From IMG/VR virus record IMGVR_UViG_3300020392_000010, positions 21,192-85,191 of that record: DNA of 64,000 bases; one strand, written 5' to 3'. This DNA is from a virus. How positions within the stretch are numbered: position 1 is the first letter of the stretch; each line of letters begins with the position of its first letter. Made by a program: the position numbers and the translations under genes. Below are positions 57,799 to 64,000 of the stretch, one piece after another. A model generated the notes under the pieces. The model was not told where the DNA came from. It saw only the letters and a list, made by a program, of their open reading frames with translations, and searched no databases.

Positions 57799-58999
57799 CG
57801 CTTGCTTCTATTTCAAATGAATCTTCTAATTCTTCTAATTCATCCTTTAATACTTCTGAAATAGAACTATATTTAAATTTTGGTTTTATTACATTTTCAT
57901 CGAGTTCATCTATTACTTTGTCAGTAAATACTTTTTCTGTAAATATTTCTCTCCATGGTATTTTTTCACCTGTCCATTTGTTTATGTAATTCCTAGCAGA
58001 TTTTTTAGGTTGAAAATATACTTTTTTATTGTTTTCTTCGAATGGTCTACATTGTGATTGGTCTGATTCTGAAAGTTTACTAAATTCTTTTTCTGATATA
58101 ACACTTCCTCTACCTACTCCACATGCATCCCAGCTAATGTAGTCTTGTAATCCAACATATGGATTCATTCCTTTATGAAAACCTATATGGAATTCTATTC
58201 TCTCAGGTTTAGCTAAACGATTCTTATCAGTATTACACCTAACTATAACACCCGTTTTCTTTTTTTCGTCTTCTTCGTCATCTTTAAGGTGCCCTTTTGC
58301 TAGCATCATTACAACAGAAGCCGCATATAAAGGGCCTCCTCCACCTGACATAGTTTTACCAGCATATTGATCCTGGCCAGCATAATTATGAGCAGTAAAG
58401 ATTAAAGGTATTTTTAAATTAGATAAGTCTAGGGTAAAAGATTTGAAGAGAGCCCTTAATTCTTTTGCTCGAAGACCCATGTCTTGGGCGTTACTGCCCT
58501 TGTTTATATCATTTACTTCCTTATCAGTTAATAAGTGAGTTAATGAATCTACTATAACCATTATTTTTAAACCGGGGTTGGATTCTGCTGTTTTAATAAT
58601 GTCATTGATAAAAAACTTTACCTCTGATATTTTAGCCATTCTTTTATAGTTAAGAAGATCCATGTTTATTCCAAAGTTTTCAAAGTCTTTAGAGTCTAAA
58701 GCCCCTTCTGAATCTATATAAAACGCCACATAGCCCTGTTTTTGAGCATTGTGAACAGCATTCATTGCTAAAAACGTTTTACCGGTTCCAGAATCTCCAG
58801 AAACACCTAGGCTTCTGGCGTTTGGATAACCTCCTCTTAAACTCCCTGACATTTGAGCGTTTAACAAATAATTACCTGTATGTATAAATTCATCTATATC
58901 TGAAAAACCTCTTAACTTTACTCTGCCTTTTGTTTCTTTTGCTAATTTATCGTTAAATTTACTAAATGCTGCTAGGGTTTCTGCTGTACTTTTGCTCAT
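57791..58999 (-). CDS. uvsX: RecA-like recombinase UvsX
   Basis: GDSGTGKT, IDSEGA, IVDSL, DMGLRAK, MSGGGGPLYAAS, KNR. Confidence 0.93.
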   Translation of the reverse strand: MSKSTAETLAAFSKFNDKLAKETKGRVKLRGFSDIDEFIHTGNYLLNAQMSGSLRGGYPNARSLGVSGDSGTGKTFLAMNAVHNAQKQGYVAFYIDSEGALDSKDFENFGINMDLLNYKRMAKISEVKFFINDIIKTAESNPGLKIMVIVDSLTHLLTDKEVNDINKGSNAQDMGLRAKELRALFKSFTLDLSNLKIPLIFTAHNYAGQDQYAGKTMSGGGGPLYAASVVMMLAKGHLKDDEEDEKKKTGVIVRCNTDKNRLAKPERIEFHIGFHKGMNPYVGLQDYISWDACGVGRGSVISEKEFSKLSESDQSQCRPFEENNKKVYFQPKKSARNYINKWTGEKIPWREIFTEKVFTDKVIDELDENVIKPKFKYSSISEVLKDELEELEDSFEIEASDD

Positions 59000-59017
59000 G
59001 TTAAATTGTTTTTATTT

Positions 59018-59043
59018 TTGTACTAAAAAAAGCGCTACGGTTT
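59018..59043 (-). promoter_or_regulatory. AAAC-N16-GTACAA promoter-like motif
   Basis: Exact spacing; upstream of uvsX. Confidence 0.6.
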
Positions 59044-59074
59044 TAGGTTTTTAAATATTAAACCTAGATAAAAA

Positions 59075-59644
59075 TTAAGAAAGATATGATAATAATAACA
59101 TACAACTAGAAAGAACTAATGAGTCATTGCATTCTCCTTTTATTACTCTTGAAAATTTCATTTTTTTCAACGAATAGTACTTGCCATTAATTTCACCCTT
59201 AGGTATATCTAGCTCAAATCCTTTAGGGGATTTTATATAATCATTTACACAAAATGCGTATGCATTATATACTTTTTTAAAAGGAATATTATGATTAACT
59301 TTTCCTAAATAATAACAAGAATCTACATTAGGATTTTTAATATCTAAATCTTTATGAATACATCTTAAAAAAGTGTCGTATTCATTATCGTCTATTTTAA
59401 AATTAACATCTTCTATTAAGCACGAAGAACATTCTTTTCCATTATTATAATCAGCTTGACTTAGCAAATAAATATTATTAATTTTCATACTATCTGTTAA
59501 GTCAAATAATAATATAGATATAGCCTCTTTAGAGTCAATTCCTCTTAAAAAACCTTCATTGTCTTTGCCTATCCAATTTATTTCTAAATTATCGTCATTT
59601 GAATAAAGTAATTGTTTAACCTGTGTGTCTTGCTTATTATTCAT
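59075..59644 (-). CDS. Hypothetical protein, possibly a degenerate Nudix fold
   Basis: EYDTFLRCIHKDLDI...YYLGKV sits where a Nudix box would be but lacks REUXEE. Confidence 0.5.
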   Translation of the reverse strand: MNNKQDTQVKQLLYSNDDNLEINWIGKDNEGFLRGIDSKEAISILLFDLTDSMKINNIYLLSQADYNNGKECSSCLIEDVNFKIDDNEYDTFLRCIHKDLDIKNPNVDSCYYLGKVNHNIPFKKVYNAYAFCVNDYIKSPKGFELDIPKGEINGKYYSLKKMKFSRVIKGECNDSLVLSSCMLLLSYLS

Positions 59645-60404
59645 TGTTTTCTTTTATTTCAGTTACAGTTATTGTTGTAGATGAGGATTTTTCTTTTATA
59701 CTTGCTCTTTTTTTAGGAGTAGGAACAAGCGTTTTCTTCAACGACTCTTTAACTATATTGTTATTTATCTTTGAATAAACATACTGAGATAAATCTAATA
59801 AGAATGTTTCTTTATTATCTGCATTTTCATACATCATTTTAAGAAGTTTTTTATTAGGTAACTTTAAATTAACTGAAATATTTAGGTTTGTTTCATCTGC
59901 ATTAAACATGCTAAACATATTAGTTGCGTGAACAGTGGATTCTTTCGCATTCAAGTTTTTACCTTCTTTTACCATTTGGCTCGAGGGAGGAGTTGGTTTT
60001 TGAGAAGGGGGTGTTTGAAATTGTTTTAAATCGTCTGGCATTTTTATAGGGCCATTTCCTATACCACTGGGTTTAGGAGAAGCAGCAGAATTAGGTATAG
60101 AAGGGCCATTTATAGATGAGACTTCTCCCATGGTTAATGGTTCCATTCCATCAGTTAACATCATAAGATTACGAGTTACTAATTCAGAGTCTATTGTTGA
60201 ACCATCATTAAAGACTACTTGAAATCCTCTTCCTTTAGGCATAATATCTCTACATTTTACTACTTTTCCAAGTAAACCTTTTTTATTAGTTTTTATCCAT
60301 TGAAATTTTTGATTAGTAAAGTTTTCCTTTAAGCTTATTAATCTTTCAGTATCCATTTTATTATTGTTTTTTTTTCTAAATATTTTTTTAAAAAAGCCTA
60401 GCAT
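59637..60404 (-). CDS. Hypothetical protein with Pro-rich linker
   Basis: 255-aa ORF. Confidence 0.6.
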   Translation of the reverse strand: MLGFFKKIFRKKNNNKMDTERLISLKENFTNQKFQWIKTNKKGLLGKVVKCRDIMPKGRGFQVVFNDGSTIDSELVTRNLMMLTDGMEPLTMGEVSSINGPSIPNSAASPKPSGIGNGPIKMPDDLKQFQTPPSQKPTPPSSQMVKEGKNLNAKESTVHATNMFSMFNADETNLNISVNLKLPNKKLLKMMYENADNKETFLLDLSQYVYSKINNNIVKESLKKTLVPTPKKRASIKEKSSSTTITVTEIKENNE

Positions 60405-60504
60405 TTTTCTAAATATTGGTATTTTGGTAAAATATTATCATAAGAGCAGCTAACGCATTTTTCATTAAAAAGAGGTTTCATAATAATTGTATAATTATAT
60501 TTTA

Positions 60505-61920
60505 TCATAATCTTTTCATTTTTTTCTTTGTTTCTACTCGTTTATTATATAATCTATTAAGTATTACTCTAGTAACCGAGTCTTTTTCACCTGAAAATAA
60601 AGTATTATTTTTAGTAGCTATTTCAGTTCCTGTTCTCTTAATATTTCCTTTTCCTATAAATGAGTCAGGCGATATGTTAAATTGCATTTGAACATTAGGG
60701 TACATTGAAGCAAAGTCATAGCAGGCCACGTAATCATAATGACCTGGAATAGGGGGCATTACAAAAGCCCCGGTATATGTTCCAGATTTATTTGCGTTTT
60801 CAGGTTTACCGTCTTTAGCCATTCTTAAGCCATTTGATAAAAATTCTCTACAAATAAGAGTTTCCGTTATGTGAACAGGGTTAAATACTTTATTAATTTC
60901 AACCCTTGCTACTTTAGATAGGCTTAAGGCAACATCTAATAATTCATGTTTATCATCTAACATTTTAACAATTAAAACGTCTATTATATTATACATTGTA
61001 AATTCAGCTACGTGCTTTTGAGCTTCTCGCATAGATTTATGGTTACTTTTTAATTTAGTAACGCCTAATGATAAATTAGCAAAGTAATCAAGTTTATAGT
61101 TTTCTATTACTTTATATGGTTTCATTTGCATAACCATGTCCATATAATCTAGTACGGCCGTGTGTATAGGTATTTTATTATGCTTAGAAACTATACGTTC
61201 ACTTGGAAGTTTTAAAAAAGCGTCTACTCCTATATTTTTACATCTATTCATTAAATACACCCAATCAAAATTTATAACATTCCAACCGGTTATAACAGGC
61301 AATTTAGGTAATATTTTATGAAAAAAGCATTCCATTAATTCTTTTTCTGTATTAAAGTGTATATAATTAATATTAAATTTTTGATCTAAAATTAACCTAT
61401 CACTTTCTTTTAAATTTTTTACGTTTTTGAAATATTTGTGAACATCTTTATTGATAATTTCTTCTTCTGATTTAGATAGAGACTTACCTGTTTCAGGGTT
61501 TTTCATAGTGCTTAATATATAACAATCATTATTGCTATTACAGAATGTTATTAAATTGACTGGCATAGCAGCTTTATCTGCTTCTGGAAAGTCGTCACTT
61601 ATTAATTCTATTTCAATATCTAAGTATGCTTTACTTGGAGTAAAATCAGATTCATACATTAAATCTAAATCTTCTTTAGAAAATTTACTTTGAACTAATT
61701 CAAATATTCTTTCTTTAGTTAACCATTTGCCTGAACTAGGGGTTCTTTTAATACATCTTCCATCCCAGTTCTTATCAACGGTTGGACTTTTAGAAATAGT
61801 CCAATTAAAAAGTTCTGATTTATGTAATTTCTTTTTTATATACGATAACTTGCCGTTTTCATTAATATAAGAAATTAATAAAGATTGTATTTTTTCATTA
61901 TATTCACTTCCTACTATCAT
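60505..61920 (-). CDS. gp43: Family B DNA polymerase, N-terminal half (3'-5' exonuclease, motif A, first fingers helix)
   Basis: YLDIE (ExoI), GWNVINFDW (ExoII), YKLD, YNIIDV (ExoIII), YTGAFV, YDFASMYPN (motif A), NISP; ends RLYNKRVETKKKMKRL-TGA-TAA. Confidence 0.92.
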   Translation of the reverse strand: MIVGSEYNEKIQSLLISYINENGKLSYIKKKLHKSELFNWTISKSPTVDKNWDGRCIKRTPSSGKWLTKERIFELVQSKFSKEDLDLMYESDFTPSKAYLDIEIELISDDFPEADKAAMPVNLITFCNSNNDCYILSTMKNPETGKSLSKSEEEIINKDVHKYFKNVKNLKESDRLILDQKFNINYIHFNTEKELMECFFHKILPKLPVITGWNVINFDWVYLMNRCKNIGVDAFLKLPSERIVSKHNKIPIHTAVLDYMDMVMQMKPYKVIENYKLDYFANLSLGVTKLKSNHKSMREAQKHVAEFTMYNIIDVLIVKMLDDKHELLDVALSLSKVARVEINKVFNPVHITETLICREFLSNGLRMAKDGKPENANKSGTYTGAFVMPPIPGHYDYVACYDFASMYPNVQMQFNISPDSFIGKGNIKRTGTEIATKNNTLFSGEKDSVTRVILNRLYNKRVETKKKMKRL

Positions 61921-61929
61921 ATATTTTTT

Positions 61930-62277
61930 TTAAGGTTTCCATTTTTTAGGTAATTTCCATATTTGCCTAAATACATCTTTTTCATAATTAAACATTTCAT
62001 CCCATGTTTGAGGAAAAAGCTTTAAATATATCCATGTTATAGGGATTATACACCAGCCAATTAAAAAAGGCAAATAATATAAATCATTATCTTTGTAAAC
62101 CAGCACGGCAGACCATATAAAAGCAAAAAGCATAATGTATGAGATTGGGTGTTGATTAAATTTTGAAGTAGATTTATCATGCATTATAGGTCTATATAAA
62201 TTTATAATAGCTCTTCGTATTGTTTTAATCCATTTAGGATATATTTTTTTTAAATTATCTCTGGTAGATTCTTTCAT
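61930..62277 (-). CDS. Two-TM membrane protein
   Basis: 115 aa with two hydrophobic segments. Confidence 0.55.
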   Translation of the reverse strand: MKESTRDNLKKIYPKWIKTIRRAIINLYRPIMHDKSTSKFNQHPISYIMLFAFIWSAVLVYKDNDLYYLPFLIGWCIIPITWIYLKLFPQTWDEMFNYEKDVFRQIWKLPKKWKP

Positions 62278-62292
62278 TTTTATTGTATTTTT

Positions 62293-62547
62293 TTACATGT
62301 TAGGCTGCATTTCAGTGTTTACATGTCCACATGCTGCGCATGCTATAACTGGCATAGGAGCTATACTATCTCTTTCTGAACCAGTTAGAAATTTAGATAT
62401 TTTTTTAATTTGCATGGCTTCTATAAATGTTTTACCCTCACATTTATCACATACTAACCATTCCGCGTCTTTTAGTTGAGCGTTAGTTAATGGGTTATTG
62501 GTAGGTCCTCCTTGCGGCGGTGTGTCATCTTTTCCTAAAATTTTCAT
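62293..62547 (-). CDS. Small Zn-ribbon protein
   Basis: CDKC...CAAC. Confidence 0.7.
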   Translation of the reverse strand: MKILGKDDTPPQGGPTNNPLTNAQLKDAEWLVCDKCEGKTFIEAMQIKKISKFLTGSERDSIAPMPVIACAACGHVNTEMQPNM

Positions 62548-62560
62548 ATCTTTATATTTT

Positions 62561-63025
62561 TTAGTATCCCCGGTCTTGCCTAGCTATATTTTCTTTTTGC
62601 TTGGCCATATACAGATTTATTATATCTTCGCTAGTCATTCCTATTGCTATAGCAAAATTCATATAAAAATGCAAGCCATCTATCCATTCGTAATATAACT
62701 CTAATCTATCTTCTTCGGATAAATCTTTAATTGTCATTTTACTTGATTTAGAATGATCTTTTTTCCAATATTTCCAAGCAGAAGACCCTATACCGTCATT
62801 TATGCCGCCTAAAGCGTCAAACATTTCATTAAGTTCATCACTCATTGCATGCTTGTTTACCATCCAAGATTCGGCTATTTCTTTTAAGGATAAATTTTCA
62901 TAATTTAACCCTAGTCTTTTTTGAAGCTCTTTTTGTTTATTGTAAATCATGCCAAACGTATCTTTTACATTTGTGTAATGATCTTTTACTTCTAAGTCTG
63001 AACATTGATTATCTGAGTTTGCCAT
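62561..63025 (-). CDS. gp56: dCTP/dUTP pyrophosphatase (T4 gp56-like, all-alpha)
   Basis: ELNEMFDALGG, WKYWKK, EWIDGLHF, KQKENIARQDRGY; start 63025 lies just downstream of the promoter motif. Confidence 0.85.
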   Translation of the reverse strand: MANSDNQCSDLEVKDHYTNVKDTFGMIYNKQKELQKRLGLNYENLSLKEIAESWMVNKHAMSDELNEMFDALGGINDGIGSSAWKYWKKDHSKSSKMTIKDLSEEDRLELYYEWIDGLHFYMNFAIAIGMTSEDIINLYMAKQKENIARQDRGY

Positions 63026-63054
63026 GCTATTTATTTTTTTTAAAGTATATAATC

Positions 63055-63080
63055 TTTTACTAAATATTTGCAAAAGGTTT
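63055..63080 (-). promoter_or_regulatory. AAAC-N16-GTAAAA promoter-like motif
   Basis: Exact spacing; upstream of the gp56-like gene. Confidence 0.6.
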
Positions 63081-63147
63081 ATTTTTTTGCATTTTTAATT
63101 TTATAGGTTGATATATTGGATAAATAATTAAAAATATAGTATCAGAA

Positions 63148-64000
63148 ATGGCCGAAAAAGTATTAAACTTAAACAACTTTAAATCATCTGGTGTGTATAC
63201 AGTTGAGATAGACCAGAGTCAGGGTCTAGCTTTGCCTCTTACAACAGGAAGGTTAATAATAGGATCAAGCAGAAGAGGTCCTTTTAATACAGTGGTATTA
63301 ATAAACGATGTACGTACATTAAACGCTGTATATGGAGATAGAGATACTCAATTAGAAAAACAAGGAAGTTATTTTCATAGAACAATAGAAGTAGCCCTTA
63401 GAGAAGGACCTGTCTTTGCAATGAATGTATTACCTTTAGATACTGACACAGATGTTGTCGCTAATCAAGATAAAGCTTACTTTACAACATATAACACTGA
63501 ATCTTCTTCAAATAATGAAGATTCTGCCCCTTATCAATATCCTCTAGTTGAATTCTTTAATAGAAGAAAATTATGGTTTGCAGACGATGATAGCTTAAAT
63601 AAATCAAAAAATATTGCATTGGGAGATGATTATATCATGAATCCTAGTTCTTTTGGTAATGCTTCAATAGCATCTAATAAAATATTAAGTTTTGCAAACA
63701 CAGGTAACTCTAACATGACAATATGGGTTAGAAAAGCTAGCGTTACAGGTTTTGATGTAACCGCTAAAGAATGGTATGCAAGCTTTGGAGAATCTGTTGA
63801 TTTTCCAAATTTTGTTAGCCCTGACGATTTTATATCAGACTACTTTGTAGAAGTAATGATTGTAGAAGGAGACTGGTCTAATAATATTAGATTAGCAAAA
63901 GATGCGTTATTTGGACAATATTTTGACGAAAGCGGATTGATAGATAGTGAAATACCTAACTTTTTAGCTTTACAAGAAGTAAAAGCAATAGCTAGAGTAA
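63148..64000 (+). CDS. gp18: Tail sheath protein (gp18-like), 3'-truncated; absent from ORF track
   Basis: MAEKVLNLNNFKSSGVYTVEIDQS...IIGSSRRGPFNTVVLI...YG matches the sheath N-terminus (SPGVY..E.D.S...G...KGP); GATAAATA at 63119. Confidence 0.85.
   Translation, partial: MAEKVLNLNNFKSSGVYTVEIDQSQGLALPLTTGRLIIGSSRRGPFNTVVLINDVRTLNAVYGDRDTQLEKQGSYFHRTIEVALREGPVFAMNVLPLDTDTDVVANQDKAYFTTYNTESSSNNEDSAPYQYPLVEFFNRRKLWFADDDSLNKSKNIALGDDYIMNPSSFGNASIASNKILSFANTGNSNMTIWVRKASVTGFDVTAKEWYASFGESVDFPNFVSPDDFISDYFVEVMIVEGDWSNNIRLAKDALFGQYFDESGLIDSEIPNFLALQEVKAIARV

Noticed and set aside
60405-60560. Split intein, intron or readthrough joining the polymerase halves
   Set aside because: N-half ends in two consecutive stops (TGA TAA) with no intein N-terminus; C-half has no HN/C junction; only about 100 nt of intergenic sequence follows
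1-64000. Stop-codon reassignment as seen in some large phages
   Set aside because: Conserved genes are full length in the standard code; TAG and TGA both end genes at expected positions (e.g. phoH, neuB, polymerase N-half)

Overview
This 64 kb AT-rich window is from a large T4-like (myovirus-type, probably jumbo) bacteriophage genome. It is read with the standard code and is densely coding; I saw no tRNA, rRNA, CRISPR array or transposase. Structural genes: portal, head completion, DNA end protector, prohead protease-scaffold, major capsid, tail tube, tail sheath and baseplate. Replication/recombination genes: primase, gp41 helicase, UvsX/Y/W, gp46/47 and two-subunit type II topoisomerase. 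It also has nucleotide-metabolism genes and an amidase endolysin. A-rich starts without Shine-Dalgarno suggest a Bacteroidota host (inference). Main observations: (1) a late-promoter operon with a DOT1-like and a tandem-SET lysine methyltransferase, a degenerate FAD-oxidoreductase and an ATP-grasp ligase; (2) a surrounding nonulosonic (sialic) acid synthesis and transfer locus, possibly for virion glycosylation; (3) a family-B DNA polymerase split into intein-free halves about 54 kb apart; (4) a T4 capsid-targeting-like motif shared by many small proteins and repeated about 11 times in the scaffold; (5) two promoter classes, AAAC-N16-GTANAA and (G/T)ATAAATA; (6) a thymidylate-synthase-family gene with the dCMP-type Asp plus a gp56-like dCTPase, hinting at modified DNA. 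All family calls come from motif recognition by eye, not database searches.
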